This document shows positions 1 to 11,957 of a stretch of DNA of 33,048 nt, piece by piece. Source of the stretch: Paraglomus brasilianum (taxonomy: Eukaryota); contig CAJVPI010000365.1 of the NCBI GenBank assembly GCA_910592345.1, positions 1-33,048 of the forward strand, written 5' to 3'. The notes beneath the pieces were generated by a model that was not told where the DNA came from, ran no database searches, and saw only the letters and a list, made by a program, of their open reading frames with translations. The first letter of the stretch is position 1. Each line of letters begins with the position of its first letter. The position numbers were made by a program, and so were the translations under genes.

Positions 1-2
1 CT

Positions 3-404
3 GATTCCGCACCAGAGGAATACAAGAAACTTGCCAAGCAGTGTTGTGATGCTGATCCTGATAAGCGTCCAGATGCATGGACGCTTTATATTGATATTCA
101 CAGGCTTACTGAAGAGGTAGACAAGGACAATTGTGACATGTGGAATGCCATTTATCATAATGATGTAAAACCCTTATCACGTCTCGAGAAGGAGAGTAAA
201 TACTCTAGTAAGCTCTTACCTACTGGAGATTTGCCTAAACCAGCAAACAGTTATGGTTTGGATTCAGCTGCAGGTATGAAGACAAGAATTGGTTACATGT
301 TGATTATTAATAATATTAAGATAAAAGTCAATTTACAAATATTACATTGTCCATTATCTTGTAATCTAGTGACTCAGATTTTGGAACAAGGGTTTCAACA
401 GTAA
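3..404 (+). CDS. 3' end of a TKL-type protein kinase (5' part outside the window); exons <3-273 and 370-404
   Basis: Frame from base 3 reads DSAPEEYKKLAKQCCDADPDKRPDA (kinase subdomain XI, C-x-x-D-P-x-x-R-P), then YSSKLLPTGDLPKPANS, the typical C-terminal tail of Mucoromycota/Glomeromycotina TKL kinases. Candidate intron GTATGA...CTAG at 274-369; stop TAA at 402-404. Confidence 0.8.
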   Translation, partial: DSAPEEYKKLAKQCCDADPDKRPDAWTLYIDIHRLTEEVDKDNCDMWNAIYHNDVKPLSRLEKESKYSSKLLPTGDLPKPANSYGLDSAAGMKTRIGYMLIINNIKIKVNLQILHCPLSCNLVTQILEQGFQQ

Positions 405-599
405 TAGATTCGAACAAATTAAATTGTCCCATTAGTCAGGACTAGTTGCAACTTAAATATAGACACATGTTTAATATTAATTGAGTATTCTGACTAAATA
501 GGAATGTAAACAGTAATTACTGACGCGCAGTTGAAATAAAAGGCTTTTCAATAATATGACCTTATTTTAAGTAGTCAATAAGATAATTACTTGGTCTAC

Positions 600-1980
600 T
601 TCAAATCTACGGTTGGAGGGATTAATATTCTGTATTAAACTGGGATATGGATTTTCTTTCAAGAATCAATCAGCACGGGTACTTCTACAAGTCTACTGCA
701 GATTAAATCTGATGCATAAAGAGCGAGAACACACGAGTGAACGCTTTGATGTGGAACTGCATATAGTGCTTGACAGTACCAAATCGACCGCCCAGAAACT
801 TAGTAATGAATCAACGGTCATCATTGGTATTCTTAAACTCTTTCGTTCACCTCCTCTCGTTATTGGTAATATTGGCCATATCTTTTTCTGTTCCTCGCAA
901 CATACTCCTCTAACGATGACTATCAGAGCTAAAGACCAACAAACAGACAGTCTTTCTGTCAATTAAAGAGTTCATTTTAGGTTTCCAGACGTCAATGAAA
1001 ACGCAGCAGGCAGTAACTTATTTCCCAAGTCGCGTTCTAGGAGGATAAGATTCAGCACTACTGGAATCGGTATTCATTCATCGTCTGGGTAAGTTGAATA
1101 AACGTTCGATAAGAGTCTCCGAGTATGGAGACAAGCCAAACGAGAAAGGTTTGAGAGGGCTGAAATATTAGTTCGAGCGTTTTTGTCGACTTTCAACTAT
1201 TGAAGCACCACTCACTGAGCCAGACCTGAAACAAATAAATTTACATTATACTATATATAAGACTATGAAAATGAAATAGTTAAGTTATTTACCCGTTTTA
1301 CAATGAGAGCATTTCTGTTTGTACAGCTTTAAGTTCAAAAGTCGACATGATACAGATTGTCTTGGTCTTTATCATATTTTGCGAATGTCTATGAAGAAGG
1401 GACGAAAAATAAAATAACCACCGAGCTCTGCCAAATTCCTACCAAGACTCAATCCAATACCTCTAAATTGGTCTGAATTCTTCCTCTTAACAATTACATC
1501 ATAGTCCTTTCCCAAACAGGCTTATCGGGTCCCATTCAAATATAACCTCGGTTGTGAATCTTGTGCATTGGTAATGCAACAATCAAACTTTCCGTCATGC
1601 AACAGTATAACTTTGCTCGAACATGTTGTCTTATGTTTTATCAACCTCGTCACCACGTGAAACACCAAGTCCTTCTGCAGTTCGTCATAACGATGCTAGC
1701 CGAGAGAAATAAACTAGTCGAAGTGGGTTTGTTACGCGAATTTTGGTTTGTGTAATACTGCCCCCGTCGAGCATTTAAACGCGTTCTTCAGAGAAACATT
1801 CTTTGATTTTAATATCAAGAAGATAGGAAAGAGCAATGGGCAAGCAATAAACAGCCCATGGATGATAAATGCAGACTAGTCGTTGATGCAAACCTGAACG
1901 CAATACTCCACAACCTCTTTGCTCTGGGTCAGAGTTACGGCAACAGTTTTCAGGCAAGAAATGAACGTAATGAAACAAAC
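600..1980 (-). pseudogene. possible degraded spliced gene remnant, unidentified
   Basis: Intron-like segment on the minus strand (GTAAAT...TTTCAG, 1226-1292) flanked by coding-like sequence with many stops. No family recognised; boundaries approximate. Confidence 0.2.
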
Positions 1981-3209
1981 GATATGGATGAATTAATAAA
2001 TATGCTGTTAATCAGTCACATGTAACTAAATGCTCACTCCATATATGGCATATGAGGCCAAAAATATACACACTTCTTAATATGGAATATTTTCCTAAAT
2101 TGTGTCACGGTAGCTGTTCGTCTACACCTTTATTCTAGTGAGAGCGCTGTTATAGCAAATAATTAATTATGCCTATAAAGCCTGCTATGAAATTAGCGCC
2201 ATGTACCAAATCTGGTTGTATAATACAGTTAAGAATATGCCATCGCTACGAATCACCTAAAGCCGATAAGGGATAAGATTTAATAAATTCTGATGATCTG
2301 CTTCTTTACAATTAATTGCAAAAAAAGGCTTATGATATTTCGTTAATTAGCTTCGCTTTAATAAAATCTATCCTTTTGTGCGCGCAATTTCACCAAATTT
2401 TTTCATCTCTTCCCTTAACATCCATTCTCCGCTTATTATTATTGGAAACCACAATCATCATTTACAAGTTGTGTTTTCTTATTCGAACCCAAATCGATGG
2501 AATTCAGCAATGATGTACGCAATTTCAAAAATTTGATATTACGTGCTGCAATCTCCCAATGCCGTTGTTAATCTCTTCCAGTATTGCGTCATGACCTTGA
2601 TGTCGATCCGAAAGTTTAGTTCTTCAATTAACTTGTCGATCAGGCCTTAATACGTTAGTCCAGCATTGAGCCTTAATGCGATCTTGTTCGTTTTTATCAA
2701 GTCCTCCAGAGGGAGGACCGGCCGGTTGAAGATCAGCATACCTTTTTTTTATGACAATGACGTATTTGTCTATCAAAAAAAGCATCAGCTCGTCAATATT
2801 TACGAAGTGTTTTCGTCTAACAGTCTTTTCAGTGCGTCGTTTTCTGATGATAGTTGTCTATTAATGTTTTCCAACTCGCCAATCCTTTTCAAAAGCATTT
2901 TGTACGCTGGATCTAATAAAGATACTTGAACTCCAAATCGGAAAAACTTTTTCAAGTAGATCGAGCTTGCAATTCGTCATTATTATCGGTAAGCTTTCGA
3001 ATCTGAGTTATCGGTTTAGAGTTGTTTAATAACAGACCTTTTGACGATATCTGGTTGTAATGCCTTTCACATAAAAGATCTCTTTTTTTTATATGAATAA
3101 TTCAACACCAAACGTTCCACCGTTGGTAGTTCCGGTCCCGCTATTTTGACACTGGATTTCGATATATGGGAGCGATCTACGTCTAAGTAACACAATTTTG
3201 ACACATTTG

Positions 3210-3590
3210 ACACCGCTCGCTCCCGGCACCGCTGAGGCCATTTTTTACGATTATTCTCGGAAATAAGGGTTTTCTTCCCAACACGACTGTGAAAACCAGC
3301 TTCATAAAGATAACTTCGAATAGTTCGTTCAGTAACCGAAATGTCTAAACATTCAATCATCCGTTGTGCAAGTTCGTCAGCTGTAATTTGGCCTATTTTT
3401 TCAAATTTCTTGAGCTAAGTAGCGCATGTTTCGATCGGACATTGATCTCGGCCCTAGGTTAAACTGTTGTCTGTTGGCTGTCACGAAACGTATTAATCGC
3501 ACGGGTAACTTGCAGCTGTGAAAGCTCAGCAATCTCGCGGACCTTTCCACTGCCCGATTATTCCATCTCTTTCTATTTAAAGGCATTGTT
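3210..3590 (-). mobile_element. Tc1/mariner transposase N-terminal (HTH) remnant, frameshifted and truncated before the DDE domain
   Basis: Joined frames read SDRNMRYLAQEI*KNR/QITADELAQRMIECLDISVTERTIRSYLYEAGFHSRVGKK-TLISENNRKKW, matching the Tc1/Tc3 second-HTH pattern vs..TirrrL.e.G..sr...kKplls..n.kkR. Confidence 0.75.
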
Positions 3591-4858
3591 TTTACTTTTT
3601 CCCGGTGATTGTACCTTTCTAAAGAGTCAAGCAATAAAGACAGTTCAGGAAAACACTTAACTATTTCTATTAGTCTTTTCACTGCTGCATTAGCCAATGC
3701 ATGTCGCCACCTTGATTCTCTCTCGTCTCGCATTTGCTAACTGACCATCCTTGGAAGGAGAATTGATATACAAGGTAGATCTTTGGTTTCAAGTTTCGAA
3801 CTCGTTATTCAACTCTGTGAAACTTTGAACTTGACTTGAGAAGGAACGGGCCTTGCAAGGTTGCGTGAATCCTGTGGATTCTGAAAGTATATACTCGTAA
3901 AAGTGTATTTCTACCGTCAGCCTTGATTCTTATTGCCGGTAAAAGTGTCACGAATTCTCTGCATTCAACCAATCAGATTTCAAATATCTCTAAAACTGAG
4001 AGATTCCGCGGTCAAGCTGGTCGATACGTTATCACGATATACTGCATATATCCCACACTACGATATGAAAAAAAAAGTAAACATCAGAAATAGCCTTTCA
4101 TTAAGAAGAGAAATGGTTGACACAACAATCGTCAGTGGAGTGCCATTAGGCATTTTAATCATCGGCAATGTATGTCTAATATGACCGTCGTGATGAAGAT
4201 ATCATCATAAATTTGAGTTTGACAAAAGATACTAACGAAACATTACCTGCAATAAAGTGGAATTATCTTCCGAGTCGTAGTGGTAATTACAACAATATTT
4301 CATTACCGATCAAGAATTAAATGTTTGCACCGAGCTGATATGTCGTATCTTTTTCATAACTGTTGGCGATATGTCCATTATAGCCTTCAAGATAATATTA
4401 GAGGCAGAGTGAGGTTGCAAGACGCTGTCATGCATTATATTATATGCTTTGCCATATTGACTGCCATATATTCAATGGTACCGTCGACCGGACAGATGCG
4501 ATCACACGACAATGTGCGTCATCAGTATCGAGAGTACTTTTTCTGCCTTTCACATTCAGTACTTCTTGGCTTATCCTATCTTTCGTGTACAAATAATATT
4601 ACTTGCGTAATTCTGTTAGATCATATTTTATAAAGTTTGGGTATCGCTCGTTGTGTTTGTTTACCTGCTGCATATACTTACACAAAGCAGACTTTTTTTT
4701 TATTCTCGAATTTTTCTATTAAGATATGTATGTATACATCTACCGAAATCGTAATATTTTAGACTATGTATTATAGTGGAGGAAAGATAAGACATTTCGA
4801 GTGTTTAATAATTACCCAGGTACAGCAAGACAATTGGTAAGCACCAAAAGAAAACCCC

Positions 4859-5546
4859 TCATGGCAACTCTAGTGAGACACTCTCGTCTTCAGTGTTCAT
4901 GTTCACATTGTCCAAACCAAAATCAAAGCTTTCAATAATGGATCCTTCTTGCATTTTGCGCTGATCCTCGGACACAAACGGCGTACTTTCGTGTCCTTCG
5001 ATGAAATGCGCAGGCTCTAATAAATTAATACCAAATTCCTTCAAAAAAGATTCATCGAATAGTTTAACACAAGACTCCGAAGATCCTTCAACCGAATCCG
5101 GTAACGGAGTGGCTCCTAACAGTGTTAGGAGATCGATATTTACCGATAAGTCACCATCGAAGATGGGGATATCTGTAAATTCTTTGGGTGTTATCGGTTG
5201 TAGAGACTCTGGCGAAGTAGTTGCTGTTATCTCCGCTATTATATCGCTAGATTGGGAGTCTTCTATCACATTTATCGCCTCGGCTGCACTGCCGTTCGTC
5301 TCTAAAGAATCGGTCGTCATCAAGTCCTCAAAGTCTGAACCTCCAAAAGGATATGAGCACTAACAATAGATATTATTTGTTAGAGAAAACTCCATACTTG
5401 ATGTATGGTCAACGATCGGTAGCCTGTAAAAATTACTATAAACCGGTTACCTCTCTATTTTCGCACATGTAAAATCTGCAGTTGAAATCGATTGAGTAAA
5501 GACATACAGCGGACGAACACAGCGGACAATTTCGTACCGAATCCAT
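4859..5546 (-). CDS. 198-aa protein: N-terminal Cys4 zinc-binding motif (USPL1 N-terminus-like) plus long acidic tail; exons 5546-5451 and 5359-4859
   Basis: Exon 1 MDSVRNCPLCSSAVCLYSIDFNCRFYMCENRE joins via a phase-0 intron (GTAACC...CTAAC...TTAG, 5360-5450) to CSYPFGGSDFEDLMTTD..., in frame with the 4859..5323 ORF. Splicing creates CxxC...CxxxxCxYPF. Confidence 0.75.
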
Positions 5547-5789
5547 GAAGAAAGCAAGCAAAGCGAATTCTATGTCTTGTAGGCTGTATGTTCGCCGCAA
5601 GAAGCCAGGCATCGAATATTAGTACGAAAAGCTTTTTTTTTTTTTTTACAAGAAGACAAGCATGATAATGCAAGCTGAATTCTGATTGAGCCTGTTATTG
5701 TTACGCTGTGCTCGTGACCTGAAAATTAGTCATACATAAGCCCACCCCAGCTCTCGTCTTCCCTACTTTTTTTCGGTTTCTTTTACACT
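5547..5789. promoter_or_regulatory. probable bidirectional promoter region (243 bp between divergent start codons)
   Basis: ATG at 5546 (minus) and ATG at 5790 (plus) face away from each other. Individual elements were not identified. Confidence 0.5.
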
Positions 5790-7125
5790 ATGTCTCTCTT
5801 TATCGGCAGGTATAGATCAAATCGAGAAACTTCTGAACAAGCTTTCACAGCTTTTCTATGCAACAATAATATAAACTCACTATATACTATCAACCTGTCT
5901 CAATAGACTTGCCATCGACACTGACCGACGCGATCTCGAAGATATATTTGACAGATATGGTCGCATGACTCGGTTAGAGTTAAAGAGAGGCTACGCATTT
6001 ATTCATTATCAGGACGAACGAGACGCAAAAGATGCACTGAAAGAAGCTGATGGCATAGTAAGTATGCGGAGCTCGTCACAACAAGTCATTGCTTGTATGT
6101 AGTCTTAACGCCTTGCTGGAACTCCCTTTAGCGAATACATGGCCATAGAATTATAGTCGAATGGGCGAAAAATGGAGGACGAAAACCAGGTCGGTGAGAC
6201 ATGATATTAATGTGCAGCATTGTTTTACATACAATTCTATACGCAGTGACGAGTTTTTGTTCACACGCCGTAATGGCAGGCGAGAATGAATGTTTCAAGT
6301 GTCGGAAAGAAGGTATTTCGCTATTTGTCATTTGCAATTGGACTTATTCGGGGTGCATGTAGCTCACTCAGTCTTGGATGCTTACAAGGACATTGGGCTA
6401 AAGACTGTCACTTGGGTCGCGATCATAAACATAGAAGTCGAAGTCCCAGAAGAAGGTTTGTTTTGCACATATTTGGTTTTTTTCCTTTTCCTTTCATATT
6501 GCTCCTCCCTGTTCGTTTTACATTTCGAAATGTCATGAAAAAGGATAATTTCGTTAGGTTACATAAGTTAGTCTACACAAAAAATGGCCATTTGCTCCGT
6601 GATCCGCTCCGTTGCAGTCCAATTGGAATGAAACCTCAGTGGCCGATAATATAGAATCCGAATATCCGTAACAGTATTTACCGTGGTCATGATGGTCGTT
6701 ATTGAGTTATCCGGAATATATACAGATGTGCCGACGTTTGAGTACGACAGCAGTACCATCCGAGACTCGCATGGTCTATGCGGATAACATGACAATGACA
6801 ATCCGACCATCAAACTGGCAGGAAGGAATTCAACGTATGCCCGGTTTGAATTTTAATTCACGAAGAATACTCTGCTCAAAAACTCCAGGTCGCGCTCGGC
6901 ATCACCAAGGGGACGTTCATCAAGATATGACAGAAGGAACGATCGTGGGCCGTATCATGGTCGTCATTCACACGGTCATTCGAGAAGGGCTGCGGATGAA
7001 GAGAGAGATGAGCATAGAAATGGAAGTAGACGTAGTGGGCGTTATTGGTGAGTTTATTGTTTTTGACGCGCGCATATTTACATTTCACTTTCAGAATTGC
7101 AACTAAGCAAATAACCTCTTTCAGA
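5790..7125 (+). CDS. SR splicing factor, SRSF7/9G8/RSZ-like (RRM + CCHC zinc knuckle + RS-rich tail); exons 5790-5809, 5907-6057, 6132-6189, 6280-6312, 6389-6455, 6889-7047, last base of stop about 7125
   Basis: Spliced translation MSLFIGRLAIDTDRRDLEDIFDRYGRMTRLELKRGYAFIHYQDERDAKDALKEADGIRIHGHRIIVEWAK (RNP2 LFIGRL, RNP1 RGYAFIHY), CFKCRKEGHWAKDC knuckle, RSRSPRRRSRSASPRGRSSR. All junctions are GT-AG and frame-compatible. Confidence 0.9.
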
Positions 7126-10100
7126 TTATAATCTATGAAGTTTTTTATTGGAAGGAAATACTTGGCCTTTGTGGCATAGGACCAGAATTGTTTTGATTAA
7201 TATATTTACTTACGAGTTGACTCTCTCTGGCATGATTATGACATCAAAGCAATTACCTGTAGTTTAACTTTTGACTTGGTAATGTATCTATGCTGCATTT
7301 ATCATACGTGATTATTAATCTGTCTTGGATTGTATCTCTATTTTAAACTGAGAACAATATTAAAACTAGAATGAATATGATATTTCATTCACAGTGGAGC
7401 AAATAAACAAGACGACCACTCATTGCTATGATATGCATCCATTGTTTCCCTTCTTCTAAACTTTGTTTGCAAATTGCTAACTGCTGGAGGCTTGTGTCGA
7501 ATACTTACCTCTTTTTCCCACTACTTCAACCTTGTTAACGGGGCCCTATCTACAGTCAAGGCATTGCGAAGTTTTATATAAAGCGCAATATGTGGTTGAA
7601 ATATTGGTACGTCCAGTTTGACACATCACATGACTGCTGCAATTTGCCGAATACCTCGCTACATACCGATACTGATACGCGCGTCGAGGATGACGCATTG
7701 GATTTCAAAAACCGAGACAATTTACTAAGCTCTTTTTTCTTGCCATAACTAATCAACAGCAAAATGAATATCAATATAAGCAAGCTAGTTCCTAATCATT
7801 TCACTGAAAGTAAGCGTAGATGCGGAGCTCAAGAGACAATGTAAACGGTAGCTCTAAATATACGATGGGAGAACTGGTGTGTTGATATTATGGAGCCATA
7901 TTATTAAAAAACACGGACTTTCAATAATCAGTAATATCGATATCTACTTTAGTCCCGTCAAACATACCTCCACATGATAATTGTGAAATATCCGACTGTT
8001 TTTTAGCAATGTATTTTAACTTTGAAGCATATTAATATGCCAATCAGAACAAGAAAAGCACGAAACCTCCGACCGATAACTATTTTCGGATTAAAGAATA
8101 CTGTATATTTTCATTGTATATAACACACACGGGTACAACTATAAATTATTACAAAGACACCTCGAGTTGGTTTCAAATTTCAGTGATGAACGGGTAGGCG
8201 TATTGAAAAAAAAGTGGCCAATGAAAAGTTGTAAATCTTGCAACTCTCCAAAGAATGAATATTATGAGACAAACTTGGGGAAAAGGATGTGAAGCAAAAG
8301 TTAGCCAAGTTGGACCTTGAACGAAATGCTGGGTCTTCAGCTTCAGAGAGGATTGTGAAAGTCTTAATGCTCCTAATAATATAGTTGAAGTGGCAATATT
8401 GCTTTGGTTCCATCCGTGTACCTGTTTACGACTATATTTGACCCATCATAAAATGTAAAAAATATCGAACGCGATTAGAAAGCTTTATAAAGACAATATA
8501 TGGAGATAGAAACTTAATTTCATGCACTTTCACATAAAAAAATGTGAACTCATGTCCACCTAACTAAATCATATCCGAACATAAATTAAAATATCTTAAT
8601 TTGCGGAATAATTTACTAATAATAATAACTGACAAAGGTTTTTTACAATTGCTAAATTATGTCGTAAACTGGTTTATTTAAATATTTCTTATTATTATTG
8701 CAAAATTTTCTAATTAAATTGCAGAGTCCGGTCATGCTTTGGAAAAATTACACTTTGCTGACGTCTACTAGATTACCTTACCGATAAGCCCTAAGTTGCG
8801 TTAAATCCTAGTTTGTTGACGCGAACATTAATGTAGTTTTTTGATGTGCATTTTTGTACCAAATGTTAGAGTGGTACTAATAATCACGTGTTTCAAGAGT
8901 TTACGGTAAAATTTACTAACATTCCCTATGAAAATGCGAATAGTTTATAATATTACCTCTGATTGTTATGCAAGCCACAGAAGCAACATTGCTTTCAAGT
9001 TAACATACCTTCTTCTTACTCCACATTTCATCGTTTCGTTTAAGGTTTTAGAGTACGAGACTTATCTTTTGCCTGTTTATACGCCATACTCTCCAACGTT
9101 CTCTTGTGATGTAATTTACGTAATTTTGATTCAGCAGATTTGTTTACCTTAACAAATGTCTTGGTAAAAACACATTGAACAGCATGCAGATCGAGCCGTC
9201 GCAGTATTAAATAACTGCCTTGCTTATTTCTCTTACTGGTTGAGCTAAAATTTCGGTTTGGCTTGTACTCGTCCCAGATGTCAGCCTTTCTTTTCTGTTT
9301 ATAGGAAGATGGTGTTTCCATGATGACATTTTAGTCGGCTTGCCTTACATGATATTTGCCGATTTAATTTGCTAGACGAATGGTTTCTAGCTGTGCGTGT
9401 TTGTTAAATGAGTAAAATCTTATTTGTTTATTTTTCCGAATTTAGTTAGAATGTTTCCTATTGCACACTAACGCGTTTTTTACATTAAACCTCTTTCCTG
9501 TGAAAGGAAACGTACCTAGCAACGAGGTTAGAATAGTACCGACAATATAAAGTTAAATACAAGATCTGAAGATAGCTGTATAATTATATTATATTCCGAG
9601 AAATTGCAACGCCCAAGTCTTATATCTCTAATGTTACAGTATCCCCCATCTTCCTATCTTGAATGGAGCGTGTTGAGTCAAAGTAAAGGCGTGGAAGCAA
9701 CTACCTGGTTAGGAACCAATATTAATATCAAACAAATTAATTAGAGGCATTGTTGTAAATTGTGTCGGAATGGCTCAATTTAGCGCTAACCTTAGAGCGT
9801 GACGATCATCGCATACTCTTGAAAGTGTTCATAGACACAGACAGAAATAGAATGTCGATTATCGTATTATCGGGGGACAAAACCTACATCAAAACTAGTG
9901 TGAGCAATTAAAATGCCAAGCTCTATCAAGGATTTGATAGTTCAAGTAAATGTATGCCTCTAGGGACTTTTATAGATAATGGAACAAGATAGGGTGGAAA
10001 GGTGTGGCTCACTAAAATTTTGAACCCTGAAATCCATTTGTGGCGCCATGCACTTGTTCTGGTTTGCAGCACGCCCCATATGTTGTGGGAAAGGTATTCG

Positions 10101-10254
10101 AACCAAGTCGATTTTATCTTGAGCAAGATAGTATTTTTGTGTAAGCTTAAGGAGAAAGACTTATAATAGGGTTGCAAACGGCTTTGCCAGCGAGTCCAAG
10201 TTATGAAACTTGTCTAAACGTGGAAACAACTATCCCCGAAATCTCGATCTGACA

Positions 10255-11957
10255 ATGCCAAAACTGCGAATAAAGGTGTGCCATCCCCTATCCTTGCATC
10301 TTTTTTACATCGTTTTTTCTCTCGATTACCTACTAAATTCGTTTTTCCTCTCATCAGTTTACTCAACGACCCAACGGCCCACTCCCAACCTCATCAAATT
10401 CACCTATTACACGTAATCAAGGAACGAAAAGGATTCAGTCCTTAGAATCAATCAACGCTGCTCAGCAATCAATCTCGGCTGCACAGGCGTCGAATTCGCC
10501 TGAGGAGATGAAAAGTCTTATCGAAGCTGCGTCAGCTTCTTTAGCAGCTATGACGAGTGAGTATTGGTTGGGTCGGGTCGGGTTGTGTGTTTGGCAATGG
10601 AGTATTCGTACGGAGATGATAAAGAGGGAGTAGATTATTGAGAAGGTTGATTGGGTCGGGATGTAACTATGATTATGGACTATAGTGTGGATAATTTGAT
10701 TATAAATATGATGGATTACTGTGATGGCAGTGGATGATAATACTTGAAGCTATACCTTTTCGTTGCGCGAGCGACATGATCATAAAATTATCAATTCATG
10801 CTGCGCCAATGAATTAACTATAATTTGCGTCAACTTTTACGTTTATTTATTATTAAGCCATATCATCCCTCTCTTCCGCAAACACAGTTCCTTCGTCCCA
10901 AACTTCTACTCCAACTCCGGCTGCACCAACACCAACGCCGACTCCGACTCCGACGCCAACACCAACGAGAACTCCTCAACCGCTTCCCACACCATCTTCA
11001 GCAGATAACATAATCGCACCCTCTCCAACACCAATACCACCATCTAACTCCACTGCACCTCCTTCTAATTCTATACCCTCATCCGTAATGGAATCATCAC
11101 CACCTCCGTCATCGTCGTCACCGTCATCGTCATCGTCATCAACAGCTTCAGCCTCAGCTTCAGCATCATCGACGTCAACGTCAACATCCTCATCGTTGTC
11201 ATTATCAACATCACACAGAATACAATTATCACTGTTCCCGGCTATAAACTTTAATTGCCCTACACGCGAGTTCTCCCTTCCAGAAAGCATCTTACCAAAG
11301 GATGTCGAAGAGAGTAAACGAAAAGCAAGCAGACGCCCTGCAAGACAACGAAAAGCGTCAGCCAAAGCTCGAGAGGCTGCTGAACCCTATTTTTTCAAAC
11401 GAGGTAATCGTAATAACCGTGGAGAGTTTTTACACAGACGTGGGAAGGGACGATCCCGAGGACGCCATATCGATGGATTTGGAAGACGTATGATAAGCGG
11501 TAGTGGATCAAATCAAACACGCGCATCGAGTGGACGGTCAGGACGAGGTAGAGGTTTTTCGGTATCAGCAGGAGGACACAAAAGCGGATTACGAAGAAAC
11601 CGTCGTAAAAATGCAGGTCAAAAGAAACAAACCGATTACATTCCTCTCCATCTTCGCAAGGGCACATCGAAACCGATTGTGCCGAATCAAGAACAAATCA
11701 AAAAGTTCCCCCTTGTTCAGCATGCAACCATGGCTGACTATGACTACGCTCCGAGTGATATGATCGAAACGCCTCTCTTACGTGCAGTATCAAGTTCGAG
11801 ACCTGTTGTTCGACCGGCGAAAATGAAGATAAGCGATATTATCAATGGGTTTGTGCAGAGGGTGAGAGAGGATCAAGATATGAGAGTTTGCAGAGAGACG
11901 GCTTTGAGTGCATTGCTGGCTGCTGCGAGTGAAGCGTATGCGGAAGTTGTTCATTAG
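10255..11957 (+). CDS. 439-aa low-complexity, S/T/P-rich and R/G-rich protein, probably nuclear; exons 10255-10275, 10358-10556, 10858-11957
   Basis: MPKLRIK|FTQRPNGP...AASASLAAMT|TISSLSS...(PT)n...MESSPPP... Splice phases (0 and 1) join the upstream exons in frame to the 11088..11957 ORF. Basic NLS-like clusters (KRKASRR, RRNRRK). Confidence 0.7.

Noticed and set aside
2500..3200. Minus-strand coding-like fragment (LCERHYNQI...LLKRIGELENINRQLSSENDALKRLL)
   Set aside because: Multiple stops and shifts, no family confidently recognised; probably a TE-associated remnant.
5001..5363. 120-aa plus-strand ORF
   Set aside because: Antisense shadow of the 4859-5546 gene.
6702..7106. 134-aa plus-strand ORF overlapping the SR gene
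   Set aside because: Off-frame with the RS exon and has no recognisable domain; a split-ORF role cannot be supported from sequence.
9040..9321. ORF with KRKADIWDEY, reminiscent of a BED-finger/hAT N-terminus
   Set aside because: Zinc ligands not identifiable; no transposase core or TIR nearby.
9760..9830. TGGCTCAAT...AGAGCG resembling a tRNA D-arm (also a B-box-like GGTTCGAATAC on the minus strand near 10095)
   Set aside because: No T-arm or acceptor stem; no cloverleaf can be formed.
10763..11365. Alternative-frame ORFs with poly-D or RL/HQ repeats
   Set aside because: Frame and antisense shadows of the PT/S-rich exon of the 10255-11957 gene.
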